DNA of 64,000 bases from Raillietiella orientalis (taxonomy: Eukaryota). The notes under the pieces are model-generated. The model worked only from the letters and a program-made list of their open reading frames with translations, had not been told where the DNA came from and did no database searches. This document shows, piece by piece, positions 26,380 through 37,463 of the stretch; positions within the stretch are counted from its first letter, which is position 1; each line of letters begins with the position of its first letter. A program made the translations under genes and the position numbers. The stretch lies in NCBI GenBank assembly GCA_036172245.1, contig JAYWIR010000004.1:1984001-2048000 (forward strand), in the 5' to 3' direction.

Positions 26380-27300
26380 TGGGGTGAATTTATTTTCTTT
26401 TATCATTCACTCTTCATATTGATGCATTCATTTTCTTCAATCATTCCACTTATGTCACCTGGAAGTCTGTTTCGTGAGATTGACACTGAGGTTCACTACA
26501 CTTGGGTAACTGGGCGTCGTTTATGCCTGGACGTTGTCCTCAATCCTTCTCAGGATATGTCCGTAGTTCCAGGTCTGTACTCATCCACAGTTTCTTATGC
26601 CGATCTCCTTCTGGATAAGCCCTTTCAGGATTTCCATTGGAGATACGGCGGTCCTGGTGGTCTTCATCTTCCACCAGCGCACAAGGATGGCGGTGATGAA
26701 AAGGGCTATGGTCATCCTTACCATGGGATTGTAACAGGGAATGTTCCCATTTCCTTGGAACATGTCTGCTAAAATTCCCATGGTCGATGTGATGGGCAGC
26801 CCGATTACCCTTTTGAGGGTGTGCCACTCTTGTTGCATAGTGGGATAGGTGAAGACGTGGAGTCTTGTATCCTTGTCTCTGCATGCTTTGCAGGCCTCAT
26901 TTTCTCTTCTTCCCGTGAATAGCTTTATGGTTGGTTGTCCCGCACAGGGTTCCTCCATGATAAAAATCAGATCATCCTGATTTTTATCATCCATATGTAT
27001 CCGGTGACAAGTCCCTCCTCCAGAGCGTCGTTCCGATCGCCAACAGGTTTATCCCAGCACTCCCGTGGCGATCGGCGGCTTCTTGGAGGACACTGGTGTC
27101 TTTGTCCTCTTCGACTATTAGTCAGCATAGGTTTTTCTTTGTTACCCTGGACTACACGAAGTTGTTGTGGTTTTTCCACACTTCGCGGGTCCTGCGGGTG
27201 AACTTTCCAGCTATCCTATCAATGTATCGGAGTACTCGGGAGTGGTGAAGGTACTCTCTTCGTCTCCATGCTTGAGCTGCTTGCAAGGTAAGCCTGGAAC
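26380..27300 (-). mobile_element. 3' fragment of an L1/Tx1-like non-LTR element (C-terminal Cys-rich domain plus 3' UTR), inverted
   Basis: ORF 26581-26994(-) contains EACKACRDKDTRLHVF...W (C..C...T..H.F pattern of L1-clade ORF2 C-termini). A minus-strand AATAAA lies at ~26388-26393. Confidence 0.55.
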
Positions 27301-27314
27301 GCTGGTGGATCCAG

Positions 27315-28604
27315 TTATCCGTATCCGGAGGCAGCGAATGAGTACTTGTATGGAGGAAGAAGTAAAGGCTGCCTAGGACTAAGGAAGCTAGCTGGAGAAT
27401 CCAACATCTTCACCCTATGATACAGCTGCTTCAAACTCCTCACTTCACTTGACAACGCGGTAAGGAAGTTAGCATACGATACCTTGGAAGAAATAGTTCA
27501 AAAACGAACCCATGAAGTCCCGACAGATGAAAAACTCGGGGAATTCATGACGGGTACTCTACATAGGAAAACCACACAACCCGGAAATGATATAGAGAGT
27601 CTCTGGACGAAAGGAAGGCCTCTAGAAGAGTCAAAGCCCGCTGGGAATTTCAACAAGGAGAACCCCGTATAACAGTTGACAGCTTAATCTTTACCAGAGC
27701 AACAAGGAGGATCACCTCCGGCGTGAGATCATTGCAGAGGGAACACGCATGGCAATCCCAAATCCCAAACCATATAAGTCAAGGAAAGCCATGCAGTGTG
27801 TGGGCATGCATCACTCCTCGAGCTTTTTTCACACGAACGGAATCCACCTAAGATTCCAAGATTACAAGTTTATCCATGCAGCAAGACTAAACCTACTGCC
27901 AATCAACGCTGGACCAACCTAAGAAGGACATGAACGCACACGACGGTGTGGGACAGAGGACGAAACGCTATCCCACATACTAAACAGATGCAAGAAGCAC
28001 GTTCCTCTAACGATGCAACGTCATGATTCGATTGAAGAGATCATCAGGAAGGCCGCAGCGGATGAGTCAAAGTTAAGTCTTATCTCAAGCAACCGGAGAG
28101 CTCCAGGAACCACTTCCATCCTAAAACCGGACCTGGTTTTAGAAAAAGAAAATCGAATAAGTGTGCTGGATTTCTGCTGCCCATATGAAAACGGCAAGGA
28201 GACTTTCGGCACATCCACAAGGAACAAAGAAGAGAAACATAAAGATATCGAACTGCAACTCGGAAGTAGTGGGAAGCAAACAAAGGTACTTGCGATCATT
28301 GTCGGCTCTCTGGGTGCATGGGATCCTGCTAATGAACAAGCAGTCCAGTACTTAGGAATACCGAAGAGAAAGCTTGTGGAGCTGAGACACCGGATGGTGG
28401 CTACCTGCATCGGTTACTCAAGCGTCATTTATGCAACTCATGTGAACAAGAAAAACGACAACCTCCTCGATCACTTGGATAATGATCTCCTTCCGGAAGA
28501 TCTCGAGCAAGTCAGTGAAACCCCATGAGGAAAATATCAACTGCTGGAGACTGTCCAGAGCCCCTTGCGTAAAAGATTTGTAATCCCACAAAACGAACAA
28601 TAAA
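27315..28604 (+). mobile_element. 3' part of an RLE-clade non-LTR retrotransposon (Utopia/NeSL-like), element B
   Basis: ANEYLYGGRSKGCLG..CFKLLTS; KFIHAARLNLLP; zinc-knuckle relic RRCGTEDETLSHILNRC; open ORF 28013-28528 with RHD, KPDLV, DFCCPYEN, K..K and IIVGSLGAWD (PD-(D/E)xK RLE). The element ends in AATAAA. Confidence 0.9.
28573..28604 (+). repeat. 32-bp perfect direct repeat, copy 2 (3' terminus of element B)
   Basis: Identical to 25704-25735. Confidence 0.97.
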
Positions 28605-29477
28605 GTTTCTGTTCACGCATATGAATCCAAAACCTTGAACACTAGCAGGTCCACTAGCATCTAGAATCAGAAAGGTATCGTGCTAAAATGAAGGGCTACA
28701 TATTCCTGAGTTTGGCTTCTGATGCACATTTTGAGCACACCCATTTATTCACAATGCCCATATCTCTCTGCCTTTGCGGAGCTCATGACAGGTAACAATC
28801 TTCCATTTCAACATGAGCAGATGCACATTAATAACCTGGATGCGTGGCATTACTTTTGCTTTTCATATCTGATAGGACACTTCAAATGCAAGAGATAATT
28901 ATAAAATTGCTGCTGAAATGTAGGCGTTAGATTCATTTTGTTACTTCATGGGACACATTCTGTGCTCAGTTTGTCAATTGCAAAGCCCAACCTTAAGTAC
29001 AGAAGTAGCCTACAAAAAAGCTTTGATTTTGGTATCATTCCAACTTTAGTATATGTCTAGCCAAAGCATGTCCAATATTTTGAGACTTGATCTCGGTGAT
29101 CAGGTATCTATTTAAATTTAGACAGATCCAGTGTCTAGAAATACTAGCCACCCAGTTAGGGATTTAATGAAGAAAATCACACAATGACGAACAAAAAGAA
29201 AGTATGTATTTTGCTCTGGGGATTTGTCTGTCCAAAATAACTTGAATAATTGTAACCAATACAGTTTCTGTGCCATTAGTCGATATCCATTTTTCTTACA
29301 TCAAACTACAAAAACTAGTCATTCAGGACAATGAAGTACTGCATTCTGATGATGCAGATAATTGGAAACAATTACTGCGACAATGATACTCTGTGCACCC
29401 TAAAATGACAAGGTACTTGTCTGTAAGCACCAGCAGAGTGGATATGGTCACATATACAAAAGAGCCAATCTTTCTAT

Positions 29478-31141
29478 TCATACTGTGAGAAAAAAACGGA
29501 ACAACAGGATGGCACAGCCAACTACTGATGTTAGGAGCACCACTTGCACACCTCTATGCCACAACCACCTTTTTCGTTGTTGCTGATGTTCCTGTGCTCT
29601 TTGCTTCTTTTTCATTTGCTCCACCTTAGTGGCCAACTCTTCTTGTTCCTTCTGACGTCTACGTTTTCTGACTTCTGCATGTCTGAAAAAATACAACCTG
29701 TGCAGACCTTGACTGCATCTCTGAGAACTACTTACTCTTCTTTCTGCACAGGTTCAGAGGGCAAAGGCTTATTTGGTATGCTATTGAGTGAATCAGAATT
29801 TTGAGGTGACATAACACAGTCCTTGGAACTATCTGGAAAAGTGCTGTCAGATTTCAATGGACTGAGTGATTGTGAACGCAAGGGAGGAATGGGAGGTGAC
29901 TCTTCCTCATTCTCACGGATGTCTCTCCAGTGCTCCAATGTTTTTATTTGCTTCCTACCAGCTAAGATAGCCTGGTAAGAGAATTTCAATTGTTCTGCTG
30001 TCTGAATTAGACCCATTCGATAATGGCGCATATCAAGCAGCAGATCTAGCAAATTCACTTCATCCTCCTGCTCCTTTTCCATCTACAGATCAATACTGTT
30101 GTATTTACAATTGTTTCTGTGCAATCTCACAATCAAAAGTGCTGAGTCAACAAGACAGAATGTTCCAGACCGACCAATTCCAGCACTACAATGAATAACG
30201 GCAGGACTGTTTGCATTTTCCAAGACGTCCCTTAATCTTACAGCCTGAAGAAATTTAAGAAATGCCCCAGGACTTTGTGGTACTCCGAAATCTGGCCATG
30301 CAAGATAGTGGAAGTGAAGAACAGTAGTGCTTTCCTTTGTATCCATTTTCCTTAGCCTGAAATAACCAGCAAGCTAACTGAAGAACACAAAAAAATGCAA
30401 TGGGGAAGACTTAATATAGATTTGGTACAATAGAATACCTCAGTTTACGGATTTTATAAAAGCCTTCATCAATCACTTCTAAACAGCTAACTGTAAGTCG
30501 TACATTATCAAAGTGCATTTCTGCTGCATGTTCATCTAGAGGAAAATACTGATGGCACTTAACCTTAGTGTGTATGCTGAAGACAGTAATTTAACTTGCA
30601 ATCCGCCTACCATATTTGTTTCAATTACTTTATTCAACATAATAATAGCACTTGATCCTTGTTCCCAGACCATTAACCAGAAATGGGATGCTGTATCAGG
30701 AAGTGGCCCCTGGGTTAAAATGTATGACCTCTGAGCCTTTTCAACCTACCAAAAAAATTTTTACAAAAAGCAATAAAACAAAATTACATTTCTATTGAAA
30801 GAACAAGTGGAAAAAGTGAATTGACATTTATTCACAGAAACCTTGACAATATTGGCATTAATGTAATTAACTGGTCCATTCTGTAACACAATTCGTGAAT
30901 GATCGAATGGGCTCACATCAGCATATCTGTTTAATTTCTGATTTTCGAGCTTTAGTGCCTCTTCTATAGAATGTTCATAACCACTGCTGACAGCTCTTAA
31001 GTGCTGGAAGAAAATTTTAAATTAGTAAAAGATGCAATCCAAATAACATTTTGAAAGTGAAAACATGAATCATGGTACCATAAATAAGACATTCCAACTA
31101 TCTTTTTCGTTTAATAGTGTGAATTCAGTTTCCAATTTCAT
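29478..31141 (-). CDS. PTPN1: Non-receptor protein tyrosine phosphatase, PTP1B/TC-PTP (PTPN1/PTPN2, Ptp61F-like), 7 exons, C-terminal tail anchor
   Basis: Exons at about 31141-31079, 31003-30842, 30745-30611, 30563-30439, 30356-30131, 30082-29736 and 29682-29478, with GT-AG introns. Motifs: [53 protein letters not shown]; hydrophobic C-terminus [18 protein letters not shown]. Confidence 0.93.
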
Positions 31142-34100
31142 TGATGGAAATCCTATTTCTTCAAATCTTCAAATAAAATGTTCACTGCATTTCGCACAAG
31201 TTAAATCCGTTATAAATTCAAAAACTTTGTTTTGCGGTATATAATCATCATGCGTAAAGCATCATTCTTAAGTCGATAAACTCACAATTTCTTTTAAATT
31301 ATACTACTGGAAAATATTGGAGCTACTTCAACGTTCACATACTTAGACTTCAGCATGTAGAGTTCACTACTTCTCAATAAGTTTTCGAGTCCATAATACA
31401 AACTACACCATAATTTTTAAATTTTATCTTTGTTTATGTTCGAAGAAACTATAAACGATAAACGCTGCACTGCACACGCTTTTCAAACAGCTAACTCATA
31501 CTGTCAAACCTATTTCGTGTAATTCCAAGTCCGTTTGCTATAATTCAATTATTTCAAAGTTTAGCCTCTAAAAGATGTTTATAACATTATAAATGCTATG
31601 ACCAAAGAAGATAAATTTCAAAAAGTACTCCAAATTGGATTTTTTTCAAAAGAAGAGTTGGTGCATCATTAGGTAAATAAACATGACTGCAACTTGGACA
31701 AATAAGATAAATAAACCAATAAATAAGAAATTTGGCGCTTTCTATCTTTAGAAACATCAACAACTAACAAAATAGATTGGTTGAATATCAATAAAGAAAG
31801 CTATACAAATAAATAGAGATCTTATCTGTTCGAGAGGACAATGTAGTAAATAGAAGACTAACTTGTGTACTAATAGCATGAATCGTTTCAGTTGTTTTCT
31901 ATTTAATATATGCAAAGAAAACTGAAAAGAATTACTGTATAGATTTTTTCACTATTTATAAAAATTTGCGCGAATACTATCTTAGTATATCAAGTGATAG
32001 CATCGAAATTTATGGAATGCGTTTGATATCAATGATTTCCTTTGCATTCTCCAAATATTTCTTGAATAAATATACATTCTACGATAAAGTGGATCAGGTT
32101 TCGCAGATAACCTTCATTAACTGAAGTTTATGAGGTAATTGTGTTTCTTCAGCACGTATCTCATGCACCTCTGCAACGTAACTTTGTAGCGTAAATCGAC
32201 TCATAACAGCAATTCATACATTGTTTTCTTCTCTAAAAGAAGCATCAGTGGATATAATATTAGAATTGATACTATTGCTAGTCAGAAACATTCTCAGACC
32301 GAGTGATCAGATCATGTTACATATTCATATTTTCTCATTTTTGAATACAAATGAAAGTTCCCCTTTTCATCCCAATCTCTCAATGGGTCCTTGGAAATAA
32401 TCACCATTACTTCAGTTCTAATTAATATGAAGATTGTAATTTAATATGAAAATAATAATGTTGAGTCCTATTTCCAACTATGAAACGTTTGACTTTTTCC
32501 GATGGCATTCAGTAAGTGATGAACATGATGTTTTCCATCTCAGGATAACAGCAATTTTCACTGAAAAAGCAGGAAGTACTTCTCTTCAGTTAATGCACCA
32601 CACCTCAAACAAAGATAGGAGGAAATATATTTATGTTTGAAACTTAAGCTCATAGAATAAAACTGTAGAATCTTTTCCGAGAACCATAAGTAGTTTTAAA
32701 AATTCTTTTTTGGAAAACAGCATTATAGATCGAAATTCTCGCATATCTTTAGCAAAATTATTTATTGATTTCCACATTGCTTCATCCTGAACAGACCTGC
32801 TTCTTTTCTACCTTCGCATTCTCTTTGCATTAACATTCGTATGAAATGTGCCCAAGATTCCATACGTCAACCATATGAAATTAGCCTCGAATCAATCGCC
32901 AACGATAAGAACAAAAGGGAAAACCCTTTTGAGTCTCATTACATAAATTTTATGCCGTGAAACAGAAACTCAACAAAAACTCTCAAAGTGACAGAAAAAC
33001 AAAAAAGGAATATCATCGTCCCTGTCGATTTAAGAGGACAGTATTCTATTAGGCCCTATCAGACAACTCAGGACCAATATTGTTACTCAGATTGGAATGC
33101 ATGCATTTATACAAAAATACATTGCAGACTGTCTTGATCTAAAAAGAGTACTAATTGTCATCTAATCATTATATTAATTGGATACATAACTTCCACAGTT
33201 CGACTCGGTTCAAGTCGACAATAATGCCATTTTGAATCATATCAACAGACCTGATGTATTTGAGGTGTTCAATGTGATTAAAGAGCAAAACAAAAGAAAA
33301 TAATTTAAATTCTTATGGCCATAAATTTTCTGCAAAATTTCCTTTTTTACGTCTTTTTTACATCTATTTGTTAAGTTTCTTTAATTAAAACAGCTAAAGG
33401 TGGTTCAAGCTTAAGAGTGAAAATTATCTAACAGAAAGAAAATTGTTAAGTAGATTGTCTAATAAATTCCTTAGCAACTTGCTTTCTGTTGAGAATGGTT
33501 CATTCGAAGAAATTTTTTTCTCTTCAGCTTCATCGGAACTGATATGCTTAATGCTCGTTTTAGATTCATATCTCAACAAGAATTATCAAAGGCCTCTGAA
33601 ACAATCTGATTACAATTTTTGTATGCTAAAAGAATAAAGGAAAATAATAAGACTTCCAAACCTTAAAAACGAGGTAACTTTCTTGATAATATTAAAATTA
33701 GATTGAAGTGAATGCATCAATTATGCAATTGTTTAATCTAGTTTCAATATTTATGAAGAAGATTTCCAGATAGTAGTTTAACTAAATGGAATCACAGTAA
33801 TGTAAGAAAAGGCCTATATTTTTCAGAAAAAATTAAATGGAATATCAAGAAAAAAGCTCAAATGACTTCAATGCGATCTGTCAAAGCAGGAAGAAATAAA
33901 TTAAGGATGAGCCTTCTAAAGGGACTTAAGGTTTTCGGGTCAAACATTATTTTATTTGTTCTAGATGCCTTAATAAGATTTCTTTTAATGTCATCATTCC
34001 TTGTTTTATAAATGAGTTATTGAATGATAAATTGTTACGTTTCTTTAGCTCTATTGAGTCTTCAGGAAGTAAACTACTGGATTGAAACTGCTTACTGAAT

Positions 34101-36372
34101 AGGTTCTGTTTTTAGCAATTTAACGCAACGTCGCATTGAAGCGTGGATTTGTGTCCGTAGACAGAAAAACTAGAATTAGATTATGCATTGCTGCAGGAAT
34201 TTTAATTTTAGTTATCAGTAGGAGTAGTGACGAAAAGTTGTCCTGTGCCGTCCATTTAAAGAATTGAGACTGCTCTGTAATTACTGAATACAGGAAATGG
34301 TTGGCCATTAATATATTTCGTAATAAACTTCTCATTGATTCACATGGTGTGTTTCAGACTTATTCTTTGCAATAACTGAGGAAATTTTCGTACCCTAAGG
34401 ATCGAAGCCTACCTGCTAAATGTTTTGACATAACCAAGAAAAAGAACTTGAAAGCGGATACGTAAGCACAAACCTCGTACTTCCAATCAGTCGAGAGACG
34501 CAGGCAATTACCACTTTCGTTTTTCAGGATGCAAAAAATGATACTTCATTTAATTAATGAATACCTGCATAACATTGGTTTCTGTACTCGAGAAGCTGCA
34601 AGTGCTTCCATTTCCTTCTATCTAATTTCTCGAATGCATAGCTTCTAGTCGATTATTCCTTAAGAAAAGCACATGATTAAAATCACTTTAAACATCAATC
34701 AGAGTCTTTTGTGTATGAGTTTTACCAACGCTTTTCCCCTCTTTCTTTAATTAGCGAAAGGTAAAGGGAAAAATACTCGTGAGATAAATACGCATCAGCA
34801 TAAAAGCATGCACTCTTGTTTTTCGTGTTTGAAGTACTTCACGGTGTGAAACAAGTAAATTCGTTTCTATGCTTCCCTTTCTACTTCTCTATTTTTCTTT
34901 TTGTTTCCTCGTTAAGTTGATTTTGTTTGTGAATGGCAAAAACCTAAAACAAATGAACTAGATTACTTGGATCGAAAATTATTCTCTTACTGCTCTGATA
35001 TCTCACCATCGGCTGCATCTTTGCTATTTGAATGCATTAGCTCTTTTCATTTCTATCTGAACACTTTCATCTATTTTTTTCTTACGTTTATTAGTTATGT
35101 TTCCCTGCAAAACTTCCCATTCAAGGTTGTAGATCAGGAAATAACAGGAAAATAACTAACTCGTATCAAATGCTGGATGGATCAGTGGTAATGTAATCTA
35201 TAGCTACCTTGGCAAGTCATGGTGACAGAACCTTGCAGAGGCATGGGATCTTCGGTGTCGTGAAAACTCCCGTTTTTTTTCCAGTTACGTAAATACATGG
35301 CCGTGGAGCAACAGAAAAATACTTCTTCTGTAATCAAAAACTATGAAATACCTCTGTATATCTGAAATAAAATAACAAAAATAGGAAGATAGACTTTTTT
35401 TTTTTCTTATCTTACAATCATGTAGTTTCGTGGGATGACTAAGATGGCGTGACTGGAGATCGTAGTGGAACAACCAAACAAAAGTAGAGCAAATGGTTCA
35501 ATTTCACTCGGTGTAACTGAACTAAGATGCGTTCTAGGAAGAACTGTTTAGGAAGGAAACTCGAGCGAAAAATTCGAATTCCACCGCAAATTTTTTGGAA
35601 GAAATTTTTTCTACATCTAGTAGTCGTTTCAGCTTTTCTTTTCACTCACTTATACATGATCGCTTCACGCTACCATTCGCGTGAGTTTAATTCATGACTT
35701 TCATTGTGTTTCAGTATGAGGAATAAAATCTCTAATCAAGCTCCGTAAACGGAGAGTCTTCCATAAAACAGACTTCAACTGCTAGTAATGATCATCATCT
35801 GTTTTTTCTTTTAGAAATATATATGCATTTTTAAAGGTTAAACAGACATCCATGTTTTCTGGTTCTTCTACGATAATGAATGTCGTTGCTCTTCAAGACT
35901 GGAAAACACTCTTAGCTATAAAATTGAATACCTGAGACTCAAAACCATATTCTTATGTTCGTGAGTGGAGACATGATTGTTTCAAACGAAAAAAAGGTTG
36001 GCATAAATGGAGCCTTTTCTGAAAAATTGATCTAGGTTCATATCTTACGTTTTTCAAAGGGAGTTTGTCTGCTTAAAAAATTTCATTTTGTCCCTTGAAG
36101 TACTTGTGAAGGGTAAGCACGCACTATCAAACACATATTGCAATTATTATACACCATTTATATAATTAAAAAATATGGTTATTTTTGTCTTCCTTCGTGC
36201 AGAGGATTATACTAGAAAAATGCATTTACGCGTGTTCTTGCTCCACTTGAAATATATTTGAAATGAAATTCAGTAGCCATCTTCAGGGCGACGTGCTACG
36301 CAGTTGGAAGATGACTGCGCAAAACCTACTTTTGCGAATTGGTTGTTAGGTAGCACGTTCGTTCTGCTATCA

Positions 36373-36721
36373 ATGGGGAAGTCAAGAAAAGATGTTCAAG
36401 GTAATAATTCTATAGAATCCTACAGAAAACAAATAGGTAATTACTACTAAATCAGATAAATTGCTTATTCATTACATAGGAAGGCAAGATTTTAAAAAGA
36501 ATAAACTTGAACTGAAAGATATAAAACAAAAAGCCGAGATCCGGGAACACATTCCATCAACATATAAGGTACAGAAAGTCGGTATTAGAAATGTTCAAAA
36601 TACATTACTTCAGAACCTTATTCTCTTGATTGCTGTGCTATTTCTGGTTTTGTTAAGTGCATATGCTGTATTTGTTGGACTATTGTCTACTGCATCATTC
36701 ACCAGGCAGGACAAAGACTGA
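36373..36721 (+). CDS. TRIQK: Triple QxxK/R motif-containing small membrane protein, 3 exons
   Basis: Exons 36373-36436, 36480-36568 and 36614-36721 give MGKSRKD...SYRKQIGRQDFKKNK...KAE.. followed by one hydrophobic segment. This matches the YRKQIGKQDYKK signature of TRIQK as I recall it. Confidence 0.85.
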
Positions 36722-36880
36722 AAATCATTAATGAAGCTCACGCAACCGAAATTATAATGAAGTTTTCCTTTTTCAGGAGAAAAAAAAACTATGTTTAATA
36801 AGAATTAGGTTTTTCATTGTAATTGTTTTGTGAATTATGAACTAATATATTAAATGATCTTATATACGCAGATAAAGTTT

Positions 36881-37463
36881 TCAAATTCCAGAAACAATTG
36901 GTTTTGGTCTCGTTTTGAATATCAGTTTTTTTGTTATTAAAGCTTCAACAACGTAAGTTGGGTTTTTCAAAAGTGGATCTTGCAATCCTCCAACAGAGTG
37001 TATGTTGATGTTGCTTCTTTCACTAATTTGCAGATCATGGTTTGTGTTTTTTTTGATAACAGCAAAAGAACGTTCCAAAGGAATGATCTTTCCATACAAA
37101 ATATGGTGTCCCATAATCAAAATAGGTACTCCCTAGAATTAGAACTCTTAACATCCAAAAAAGTTTTTTAGTATCTTTTGAAAATAAAAATTTGCTAGAA
37201 AAAGAATCAAGACTTGCATTTATGCTCAGTGTCTATACCTCCTTAGTGTAATGTAAGTCCCCAATAAATTTCCCAGAAAAGCTTTCTTGATTTTTACACT
37301 TTATATCTCCTTGAAGCTCAATTATTGTCCATTCAGGTAATCCTCTCTCAGATGGGCAAACTTTCCTAAAAAATTAATCTAGAAGAGCGCACTTTATGAC
37401 CTTAACTATGTAAGCAGAATGCATTGTCGATATTGATTCAAAAGTGCCTTCTTACTCATACAT
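36881..37463 (-). CDS. CHTF8: Chromosome transmission fidelity protein 8 (Ctf18-RFC subunit), 3 exons
   Basis: [11 protein letters not shown]...[25 protein letters not shown]...[12 protein letters not shown]. Exons at about 37365-37239 and 37132-36881. The tiny first exon ATGTATGA|gtaag (37463-37456) is inferred from phase. Confidence 0.9.

Noticed and set aside
31200..36300. Additional genes in the AT-rich interval between the PTP and TRIQK (also 37500-40400 and 44000-48700)
   Set aside because: Only short ORFs without recognisable motifs or a consistent exon chain. Small or non-coding genes cannot be excluded without RNA data.
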